A DNA stretch of 51,097 nucleotides from Bacteroidota bacterium (GTDB lineage Bacteria; Bacteroidota; Bacteroidia; Bacteroidales; VadinHA17). The stretch's first letter is position 1; each line of letters starts with the position of its first letter. Location of the stretch: assembly GCA_023430725.1 (NCBI GenBank), contig JAEYZD010000199.1, forward strand, positions 1-51,097, in the 5' to 3' direction. Of the stretch, positions 7,483-15,437 are shown piece by piece. The notes below the pieces were generated by a model. It searched no databases. It worked only from the letters and a program-made list of their open reading frames with translations, and was not told where the DNA came from. A program made the translations under genes and the position numbers.

Positions 7483-8475
7483 ATGAAAAGAATAGTGATC
7501 ACATCAGTACTTATCGTTGCCTGCCTCCTGCCGTCACTGGCACAGGAGAAGGAACAGAAGCTCAAGGAGCTTGAAAAGCTTGAGGAACAGGCAGAAGAAG
7601 TCACCCCACCCGATACCCTGGCAGTGACAGAGGAAGAGGCAGACACTCTGTTTGAAGAGGTGTGGGATGATACCGCCAGGGTGAAGATCGGAGACATAGT
7701 AACAGTTGAAGAGACAGAAGACGAAACTGTAATCCGGATCGGCAAAAAGTCAGTGAAAATATTTGAAGACGAAGAAGATTTCGAAGTCGACATCTTCGAG
7801 GAAGAATATGAGGAGAGTGATGATCCTGCCGAAAGACGCAAAAGTTTTGACGGACATCTCGGAGGCATTGAATTCGGATACAACAATTTCACTACCGGAA
7901 AATGGCTGAGAAATGAGACTCCCGTGGAAGGCTGGCTGGACCTGAACACGGCCAAATCGACCAGCTTCAACATTGTCGCACCTCCTGTAAACCTCGGTTT
8001 TACCCGCCATTTCGGGCTTGTGACGGCCCTGGGAATCAACTTCAACAACTACAGGTTTGACGGCAACAACACGATAGTTGTCGACGGAGAAGGAATAATC
8101 ACTCCCTCCTTTCCTGCTGATCCGGTAAGGTATGACAAAAGCAAACTGGCAACAGTCTATGGCATATTGCCGGTAATGCTTGAAGTTCAGATTCCCGTCT
8201 CGTACAGCAGCACAATCAACCTGGGGGCAGGGGTAATAGGAGCAGCGAAGCTCGGATCACACACCAAGGTTGTCTATCACAATGACGGGAAGCAGAAGGA
8301 CAAGAACCGTGACGACTTCAATCTCAACGTTCTGAGGTACGGAGTAACTGCCCGTGCCGGGTACGAGATGATCCAGGTATACGGCACCTGCTGGCTCTCA
8401 CCAATGTTCGAGAAGGGAAAGGGTCCCGAACTCTATCCGTTCGAGATTGGGCTGGCGCTTACAATCAACGACTAA
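7483..8475 (+). CDS. Secreted protein with a highly acidic N-terminal region and a predicted outer-membrane beta-barrel C-terminal domain
   Basis: Signal peptide MKRIVITSVLIVACLLPSLAQ. A Glu/Asp-rich ~100 aa stretch. The C-terminus has alternating strands (GIEFGYNNF, GLVTALGINFNNYRF, RYGVTARAGY, EIGLALTI). Position after sigma/anti-sigma is typical of Bacteroidota ECF modules. Confidence 0.6.
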   Translation: MKRIVITSVLIVACLLPSLAQEKEQKLKELEKLEEQAEEVTPPDTLAVTEEEADTLFEEVWDDTARVKIGDIVTVEETEDETVIRIGKKSVKIFEDEEDFEVDIFEEEYEESDDPAERRKSFDGHLGGIEFGYNNFTTGKWLRNETPVEGWLDLNTAKSTSFNIVAPPVNLGFTRHFGLVTALGINFNNYRFDGNNTIVVDGEGIITPSFPADPVRYDKSKLATVYGILPVMLEVQIPVSYSSTINLGAGVIGAAKLGSHTKVVYHNDGKQKDKNRDDFNLNVLRYGVTARAGYEMIQVYGTCWLSPMFEKGKGPELYPFEIGLALTIND

Positions 8476-8500
8476 AAGACCGGGAGGACTGTTATACGGG

Positions 8501-8536
8501 GAGAGGGCATTTGCACAGATGCCCTCTCTCTTTTTT
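8501..8536 (+). terminator. Rho-independent terminator
   Basis: Perfect 10-bp stem GAGAGGGCAT / ATGCCCTCTC, loop ttgcacag, then TCTTTTTT. Confidence 0.85.
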
Positions 8537-8539
8537 AGT

Positions 8540-8547
8540 TATATTTG
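8540..8547 (+). promoter_or_regulatory. -7 promoter box TATATTTG upstream of pepE
   Basis: Perfect TAnnTTTG, 67 nt upstream of the ATG at 8614 and just after the terminator. Confidence 0.4.
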
Positions 8548-8613
8548 AGCCGTTGAAACAGAGAGCAGTGCGCCGGCATACCGGCCCTGCAGAACCAGAA
8601 AAAATTAAAAGCA

Positions 8614-9333
8614 ATGAGACTACTTCTGATCAGCAATTCAACCAATGCCGGTGAGGCATATCTTGATTATCCCAAGCACAATATCCGGGAATTCCTTGGC
8701 AGCAAAAAGGTGAAGGCATTATTCATCCCCTACGCAGCAGTGACATTCTCATATGATGATTACGAGGCCAAAGTCAGAGCACGCTTCAACGAGGTCGGAC
8801 ATGACGTTGTCTCAATCCACCGTTTCAGTGACCCGGTAAAGGCAATCCTTGAAGCTCCGGCAATTGTTGTCGGCGGCGGAAACACCTGGATGCTGCTGAA
8901 GTGTCTGAGAGACAACAAGCTGATTGCACCGGTCAGGAAGAAGGTACTGTCAGGAACACCCTATATAGGCTGGAGTGCCGGATCAAATGTGACCTGCCCT
9001 ACCATAATGACAACTAATGACATGCCTGTAACAGCCCCTTCATCCTTCAGGGCTTTCGGGCTGATCCCCTTCCAGATAAACCCTCATTACCTCGACGCCA
9101 ATCCCGCAGGTCATGCGGGAGAAACGCGTGAGCAAAGGATCCAGGAGTTCATTGAGGTCAACAGGGAAATCTTCGTGGCGGGGCTTCGCGAAGGCACAAT
9201 GTTCCTTCTCGAGGGGAGGAATCTCTCCCTCATCGGACCGCGCAACTGCCGGATATTCAGGTACGGCACCGAACCGGTGGAGCTGAAACCGGGAGGTGAT
9301 CTCTCCTTCCTGCTTAAAAAGGGCAAAAAGTAA
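8614..9333 (+). CDS. pepE: Dipeptidase E (peptidase S51, alpha-aspartyl dipeptidase)
   Basis: Near-colinear with E. coli PepE as I recall it: LLLISNST, VVGGGNTWMLLK, catalytic Ser context YIGWSAGSNV, TTNDMP, INPHY, GETREQRIQEF. Confidence 0.92.
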   Translation: MRLLLISNSTNAGEAYLDYPKHNIREFLGSKKVKALFIPYAAVTFSYDDYEAKVRARFNEVGHDVVSIHRFSDPVKAILEAPAIVVGGGNTWMLLKCLRDNKLIAPVRKKVLSGTPYIGWSAGSNVTCPTIMTTNDMPVTAPSSFRAFGLIPFQINPHYLDANPAGHAGETREQRIQEFIEVNREIFVAGLREGTMFLLEGRNLSLIGPRNCRIFRYGTEPVELKPGGDLSFLLKKGKK

Positions 9334-9354
9334 ACTACCACGCCTTACGGGGCA

Positions 9355-11973
9355 ATGAGACTGGTAAAGAAAATAGCGTTGATTACCGGTGGCCTGCTGC
9401 TGCTGGTCATACTGCTGCCCGGACTCTATGCCGTCATGAGGCAGGAGAAGGTCACTGCAGCCATTATCCGGAAAGTAAATGAAAGTGTCGATACCAGGAT
9501 CTCTTACGGCGGAGTGCGTCTTACAATCTTTGAATCATTTCCAAACATCACGGTAAGATTCAGCGACCTGCTTGTTGAACCGTCGCCATTCTACGATAAA
9601 ACACAGTTCAGGCAGGAGGATACCGATACACTTCTTTTTACCTCATCTCTTTCGCTCACAGTGTCTATGCCCTCGCTGCTTACAGGAACAGTTGCAGTGA
9701 AATCAATCACTGCAAGGGACGGTGAAGTGAACCTGCTGACCGACAGGAGAGGTGACATCAATTTCAGGGTCATCCCGGACAAGAAGGGGGACGGAAAGAA
9801 TGTGAGGCTCAAGAACATCAGCGCGGTCAATATAAGGGCTGTCTATAATGATCACAGCTCTGATATGCGGATATCAGGAACCGTCGGAGAGGCAACCCTT
9901 GGAGGGGAACTCTTCCGGACCGGAATCTACCTGAATACAATACTGAATGCTCAGATAGACAGCCTGAGTCTTAACGGCAATACAATCCGGGGCTTCCCGG
10001 TTGAAGCCGGGGTCAAACTCCGGAAATCGGCCAGCTCACTGTCGGTTGCCAGGGGCTCCCTCACGGTGGCTGATCTGAGGTTTGACATCAGCGGAAACAT
10101 AAACTATTCGGCTTCGACTCTCAATCTCGCCATTGACGGACGGAAGATCAGCATTGCATCACTGATATCCCGTCTCCCTGAAAAATGGAAAAACTATACC
10201 GGTACCTTTTCCCCGGCCGGGATACTTGATATTAAGTGCAGTATAACAGGACCTTACGGTGAAGCAGGTAAACCTCATATTGAGCTGGGTTACGGCCTGA
10301 CAAACGGGAAGATGAGTCATTCAGCCACGGGATTCAAGGTGAACAACCTGGAGTTCAGGGGTGAAATCAGCAACGGAGACCACAATTCGGCCGAAACTTT
10401 CCGGGTTACGGTTGATAACCTCAGTGCCCAGTACGGTTCAGCCTCTGTAAAGGGTTCATTCATGCTGAACAATCTCAGGAGGCCGCACATAACCCTGGCC
10501 CTCAGCGGTGATCTCGATTTTGATGACCTGAGCCGGATCTTCAGGTCAGGTTACATCAGGGACCAGACCGGCCTCGTCTCCGGGAGCATCCGGATGGCCG
10601 GAACGGTACCGGACAGCATCGGCATAGCATCGGCTCTTCCCTATCTCAAACCTGAAGTTTCACTCTTGTTTCGGGAGTTCGGGGCTACTGTTGCTGACCG
10701 GGCATTCTCATTCTCAGGGGTTAACGGAGCGCTCAGCATAAACAATGACCTCGTTGCAGAAAACCTGTCGCTGACAATCAGAGACCAGCGCTTCACCCTT
10801 AATACAGTAATGAAGAACTTTATCCCGTGGCTTGCCGGCAGCAGTGTACAGCCGATGATTACGGGCGATATACATGCTGACAGGCTGGTAACCTCATCCT
10901 TCGCACGTGAGAAAGAGAAGAAGAGCGATATTGATACCCTGGGCAGTGAACGCAAACAGGCGGACCTGTTTCCGGAAGAGATCACCGCAAATATCAGGTT
11001 GAGGGCTGATAGCCTTATTGTCAATAAGTTCCGGGCTTCAAACTTTACTGCCAGGCTGATCTACAAACCATATGTAATAACATTTGAGGAGGCCAGAGCC
11101 GAAGGACTTGACGGATTCATCGCCGGCGAATTCATGCTGGGGCGGCAGAAGGAGGGAGGATATATCTCCAGGGTCCGGCTGGATGTGAATGAAATTGACA
11201 TCAACAAGGCCTTCACTGCCTTTGACAACTTCGGACAGGACTTCATTGTAAGCGATAACCTTCAGGGCAGGCTCACCGGCAATGTGACAGTCCTCTCTCC
11301 TCATGACGGCAACTACAGGATTATGCGCAAGGCCATCGCTGGAGAGGCTCACCTGGTCATCAGCGAAGGAAAACTTATCAGCTTCGCCCCTGCGGAGAGC
11401 CTCTCCTCATACCTTGACATGAGTGAACTCAAAAACATCAGCTTCTCGAGGCTGGAAAATGATCTGTTCATTAACAACGGCACGGTTTCAATACCCAAGA
11501 TGCTGATAAACTCGTCGGCGGTCAATTTCACTGTTTACGGCACCCACGGCTTTGACGGAGACTACGCATATCATGTACGGCTCCTGCTCTCGGAGGTCAT
11601 GAGCCGCAAGGCCAGGGAACGCAACAGGGATGTCAGCTCCTTCGGACAGGTGAAGGTGGACGGCAGTGGAAAGGCTACAGTGCCGCTAAAGATAGAATGT
11701 ATAAACGGCAAGACAGATGTCAGTTATGATTTCGGTCAGGCTCAGGAAAACATAAAGAGTGACATAGCCGTCGAGAAGCAGACGCTGAAGGGAATACTCA
11801 ACGAGGAGTACGGCTGGTATGAGACTGACACCGCCCGTATCAGGCCGGCGGAGAGCAAGCCGAGGTTCAGTGTCACCTGGGAGGAAGGCAAGGAGCAGAC
11901 GGAGGTAACTGAGACCCCACGGGAAGAGGTAAAGGAGAGCCCGATAAGGATCCTTCTCAAAAAGAAAAAATAG
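9355..11973 (+). CDS. AsmA family / AsmA-like C-terminal domain outer-membrane biogenesis protein
   Basis: 872 aa. Single N-terminal TM anchor IALITGGLLLLVILLPGLYAV. Long beta-rich repetitive body with the AsmA-like pattern (ISGNINY.., LQGRLTGNVTV, FTVYGTHGFDGDYAYHVRL). Confidence 0.7.
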   Translation: MRLVKKIALITGGLLLLVILLPGLYAVMRQEKVTAAIIRKVNESVDTRISYGGVRLTIFESFPNITVRFSDLLVEPSPFYDKTQFRQEDTDTLLFTSSLSLTVSMPSLLTGTVAVKSITARDGEVNLLTDRRGDINFRVIPDKKGDGKNVRLKNISAVNIRAVYNDHSSDMRISGTVGEATLGGELFRTGIYLNTILNAQIDSLSLNGNTIRGFPVEAGVKLRKSASSLSVARGSLTVADLRFDISGNINYSASTLNLAIDGRKISIASLISRLPEKWKNYTGTFSPAGILDIKCSITGPYGEAGKPHIELGYGLTNGKMSHSATGFKVNNLEFRGEISNGDHNSAETFRVTVDNLSAQYGSASVKGSFMLNNLRRPHITLALSGDLDFDDLSRIFRSGYIRDQTGLVSGSIRMAGTVPDSIGIASALPYLKPEVSLLFREFGATVADRAFSFSGVNGALSINNDLVAENLSLTIRDQRFTLNTVMKNFIPWLAGSSVQPMITGDIHADRLVTSSFAREKEKKSDIDTLGSERKQADLFPEEITANIRLRADSLIVNKFRASNFTARLIYKPYVITFEEARAEGLDGFIAGEFMLGRQKEGGYISRVRLDVNEIDINKAFTAFDNFGQDFIVSDNLQGRLTGNVTVLSPHDGNYRIMRKAIAGEAHLVISEGKLISFAPAESLSSYLDMSELKNISFSRLENDLFINNGTVSIPKMLINSSAVNFTVYGTHGFDGDYAYHVRLLLSEVMSRKARERNRDVSSFGQVKVDGSGKATVPLKIECINGKTDVSYDFGQAQENIKSDIAVEKQTLKGILNEEYGWYETDTARIRPAESKPRFSVTWEEGKEQTEVTETPREEVKESPIRILLKKKK

Positions 11974-11976
11974 CCA

Positions 11977-13122
11977 ATGGACATTTACCGAAAACGACTC
12001 CTATGGAAGGTGCTCCTGCTCATCTTTGCCGTTGTAATAGGCCTGGGTTCGCTCTTTTACACACATGATCTTGTTGACCGCCTCAAGGAGGAAGAGCGAA
12101 AGAAAGCCGAGCAGTGGGCTGAGGCTACACGGAGACTTGTGACATCGGATGACTTTGAGTTCCTGTTCCGGATTATAGAGGACAACACCACGGTTCCTGT
12201 AATTCTTATTGACGAGGAGGAGAGCATCCTGTCTCACAGGAATCTCCCGCCCGCACTTGCCACTGACACCCTTGCGCTGGTCCGTGAGCTGAAGCGGATG
12301 GCGAAGAGGAACGAACCGATCTTCATAGAGTTACCCAACGGAATTGTAAACCACCTTTATTACCGTGAGAGCACACTGCTGCGGCAGTTGCGGATTTATC
12401 CCTACGTTCAGATTGCGGTTATTCTGCTCTTCATACTCGTAGCCTATGTGGCATTCAGCGCTTCGCGCATGGCGGAACAGAACCAGGTATGGGTGGGTCT
12501 CTCAAGGGAGACCGCTCATCAGCTTGGAACACCGACATCCTCATTGTCAGCCTGGAGTGAGATAATCAGCAGCCGGTATCCGGGTACGGACATTGCCGAG
12601 GAGTTGTCGGCTGACGTTGAGCGGCTCAGCCGCGTGGCGGAGCGGTTTTCCCTCATAGGTTCGAAACCGAAACTGCTGTCTGACAACCTTCCCTCCCTGG
12701 CGGAAGATGCTGCTGCCTACCTGAGAAAAAGGATAGCCTCAACAATTGATCTCAGGGTCAGAAATGAAACCGCGGGATGTACATCCATCCCCTTTAATCC
12801 CATCCTGCTGGGATGGGTCATAGAGAACCTTGTAAAAAATTCTGCCGATGCAATGAAAGGCAGCGGAGAGATTACAATCAGGCTTACTGAAAGCGCCACC
12901 GAAGCTTACGTAGACGTGGAAGACACAGGGAAAGGGATTCCGAGAAAGGATTTCAAAACGATTTTCAAACCCGGTTATACAACCAGGGAGCGAGGCTGGG
13001 GCCTTGGCCTTTCTCTTTCCAAGAGGATTGTTGAAGAGTACCATAAGGGAAAGATATTTGTGCTTCGTTCGGAGCCCGGTCACGGAAGCTGCATGCGGAT
13101 AATACTTAAGAAAGGGAAGTGA
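11977..13122 (+). CDS. Sensor histidine kinase (two TM segments, HisKA-like H-box, HATPase_c)
   Basis: H-box ETAHQLGTPTSSLSAW. N-box ENLVKNSADA. G1 VEDTGKGI. G2 GWGLGLSLSKRIV. No response regulator is adjacent. Confidence 0.85.
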   Translation: MDIYRKRLLWKVLLLIFAVVIGLGSLFYTHDLVDRLKEEERKKAEQWAEATRRLVTSDDFEFLFRIIEDNTTVPVILIDEEESILSHRNLPPALATDTLALVRELKRMAKRNEPIFIELPNGIVNHLYYRESTLLRQLRIYPYVQIAVILLFILVAYVAFSASRMAEQNQVWVGLSRETAHQLGTPTSSLSAWSEIISSRYPGTDIAEELSADVERLSRVAERFSLIGSKPKLLSDNLPSLAEDAAAYLRKRIASTIDLRVRNETAGCTSIPFNPILLGWVIENLVKNSADAMKGSGEITIRLTESATEAYVDVEDTGKGIPRKDFKTIFKPGYTTRERGWGLGLSLSKRIVEEYHKGKIFVLRSEPGHGSCMRIILKKGK

Positions 13123-13137
13123 CAGCCCCTTAACACG

Positions 13138-14397
13138 ATGAATAGAAACGACATAGAGATAATGGCGCCTGCCGGATCTTGGGAGTCATTGCATGCAGCC
13201 ATAAAGGGCGGAGCAGACTCGGTCTATTTCGGTGTGGAGAAGCTGAACATGAGGGCCCGCTCCTCGCATAACTTTACAACTGCGGATCTTCCTGAAATAG
13301 TTGCCTTATGCAGGGCAAACGGGCTTAAGAGTTATCTCACCCTTAACATTGTTGTGTTTGATGATGAGATAAGCGAGATGAAGGAGGTGCTTGCCGCCGC
13401 AGCTGCAGCAGGAATTACTGCCGTCATAGCTACGGACCAGGCCGCCATAATCGCTGCCCGCGATGCCGGCATCGAGGTTCACCTCTCCACTCAGCTGAAT
13501 ATTTCAAACTCCGGGGCGGTCAGGTTTTATTCGGAATGGGCCGATGTGGTGGTTCTCTCACGTGAACTTAACCTGCATCAGGTTAAAATAATACACGATT
13601 TGATCATAAGTGATGATATACGTGGTCCGGGGGGAGAACTCATAAAGCTTGAGATGTTCGTTCACGGTGCGTTGTGCATGGCAGTGTCTGGAAAATGCTA
13701 TTTAAGCCTGCATGAGTACAACGCCTCCGCTAACAGGGGAAACTGCTACCAGACCTGCCGCAGGGGTTACACTGTCAGAGACCGGGAGACAGGTTATGAG
13801 CTCGATATTGACAACCAGTATATCATGTCACCGAAAGATCTCTGCACAATCGGATTCCTTGACCAGCTGATCGGCGCCGGAGCAAGGGTGCTGAAGATTG
13901 AAGGCAGGGCCAGGCCTCCCGAGTATGTTGAAACCGTTGTCAGATGCTACGGCGAAGCTGCGGCAGCTGTTTCCGGCGGCACATTCGGGAAGGAGAAGGT
14001 TGACGGATGGATGAGAGAGCTGCAGACAGTATTCAATCGAGGATTCTGGGACGGGTACTACCTCGGGCAGAGACTTGGAGAGTGGACCGCGTCATACGGT
14101 TCCTCGGCCACCAGGCGTAAGGTGCTGGTCGGAAAGGTAACAAACTACTTTTCAAAGCTGGGGGTAGCGGAGATAAACCTTGAGACAGGCGCTGTCACAG
14201 TTGGAGACGAACTCCTGATAACTGGTCCCACCACGGGTATTGTACGGCATACTGTTAAGGAGCTCAGGGACGGGAACGAAAAGGATGCCCTCACAGTAGC
14301 CAGGGGAGAGTTATGTTCCGTAAGGTTAAGTGAGACAGTGAGACGGTCTGACAAGGTTTTCAGGTGGGTGGAAGCCTCCGATGCCGTGAAGGGTTAG
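13138..14397 (+). CDS. Peptidase U32 family protein (PrtC / TrhP / RlhA-like)
   Basis: U32 signature E-x-F-x2-G-[SA]-x-C-x4-G-x-C-x-x-S, present as EMFVHGALCMAVSGKCYLS. Confidence 0.85.
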   Translation: MNRNDIEIMAPAGSWESLHAAIKGGADSVYFGVEKLNMRARSSHNFTTADLPEIVALCRANGLKSYLTLNIVVFDDEISEMKEVLAAAAAAGITAVIATDQAAIIAARDAGIEVHLSTQLNISNSGAVRFYSEWADVVVLSRELNLHQVKIIHDLIISDDIRGPGGELIKLEMFVHGALCMAVSGKCYLSLHEYNASANRGNCYQTCRRGYTVRDRETGYELDIDNQYIMSPKDLCTIGFLDQLIGAGARVLKIEGRARPPEYVETVVRCYGEAAAAVSGGTFGKEKVDGWMRELQTVFNRGFWDGYYLGQRLGEWTASYGSSATRRKVLVGKVTNYFSKLGVAEINLETGAVTVGDELLITGPTTGIVRHTVKELRDGNEKDALTVARGELCSVRLSETVRRSDKVFRWVEASDAVKG

Positions 14398-14399
14398 TA

Positions 14400-15437
14400 T
14401 TATCTCAGATCCCTGGCTGCCTGCATCACAAGGGCAGCATTTACAGCCACATCATCTGTTTCAGTGTTGATGTATGTAACCTGTCCTTCAGGCCTCTTTG
14501 ACAGGCCATAATGATATGCCTTATCATAGTACTCCAGCGTTATTCTGACAGCTGTCGGGTAATCTCCGTTTCGCAGCGCCTCAACTGCTTCCCGGGTCCT
14601 GTCACCGCCAAGTCTCTTTGAGATCTTCAGTACTGATGCCATTATCTCCTCTGCCGGGAAGGTGGTGTATTCCTCCAGCAGCCTGGGCATGCGGGTTTCG
14701 ATGCTCATCATCAGGGCAATGACCGGTGCGGCCTGCATCCTGTGTGAAAAGCTGTCGGGCATAAAGACAGTTCCGATGTTGCGGCTCTCATCCTCAAGCC
14801 ATACGGGTTCATCCTCGCGCATTGATGCCAGATCATCATATAGAAGGTTCGCGAAGTGTTCTGAGGTGGGCTGCGGAGCCTGGCCCAGTGCACCGAATGC
14901 TGATCCCCTGTGTGAGGCAAGCCCTTCGAGATCTGTCACCTGATTTCCGGCACTCTTCATGTACCTGAGTATTTCGGTTTTGCCACTGCCGGTCAGTCCT
15001 CCCAGTATGATAAATTTCCTCTCCCTGCCCAGGTCGCTGAGTATGTGATTCCTGTAAGCCTTGTATCCGCCCTCGAGCAGTGCTGAATCCAGGCCTCCCC
15101 GGGAAAAGAGCCATGCCATGGCCTCCGAGCGCATCCCTCCACGCCAGCAGTGTACAAGGAGCTTTCCTGCGGAAGAAACATTCAGTGCCTTGCGCAGTTT
15201 GTCAGACATATGGGGAGCGGCAAGATCAATGCCACGGAGGACTGCTGCTGTATTGCCCTCCTTTTTGTATAAAGTACCCACGTCTGCTCTCTGCTCATCA
15301 TCAAACAGGGGGATGTTGACAGCCCCTGGGATATGACCTGTGGCAAACTCCCCGGGAGATCGCACATCCACAACAGGGGTGGCTTTCCTGAGTTCAAGGA
15401 ATTCTTCAGCGGTAAGTTTCCGGGCGACGAAGGCCAT
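14400..15437 (-). CDS. selU: tRNA 2-selenouridine synthase (rhodanese + P-loop)
   Basis: Rhodanese active-site loop LVHCWRGGMRS preceded by FATGHIPGAVNIP. Walker A GGLTGSGKT. Length ~345 aa is typical of SelU/MnmH (YbbB). Confidence 0.85.
   Translation of the reverse strand: MAFVARKLTAEEFLELRKATPVVDVRSPGEFATGHIPGAVNIPLFDDEQRADVGTLYKKEGNTAAVLRGIDLAAPHMSDKLRKALNVSSAGKLLVHCWRGGMRSEAMAWLFSRGGLDSALLEGGYKAYRNHILSDLGRERKFIILGGLTGSGKTEILRYMKSAGNQVTDLEGLASHRGSAFGALGQAPQPTSEHFANLLYDDLASMREDEPVWLEDESRNIGTVFMPDSFSHRMQAAPVIALMMSIETRMPRLLEEYTTFPAEEIMASVLKISKRLGGDRTREAVEALRNGDYPTAVRITLEYYDKAYHYGLSKRPEGQVTYINTETDDVAVNAALVMQAARDLR

Noticed and set aside
7416-8048. 210-aa minus-strand Ser-rich ORF
   Set aside because: It is antisense to the acidic N-terminal region of the beta-barrel gene. 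It is the mirror image of GAA/GAG-rich codons.
13555-13575. Other CACGTG-containing sites, such as TCACGTGA near 13567 and CACGTG near 10905
   Set aside because: These are short 6-8 bp palindromes inside coding sequence and are expected by chance. Only the 12-14 bp copies are reported.
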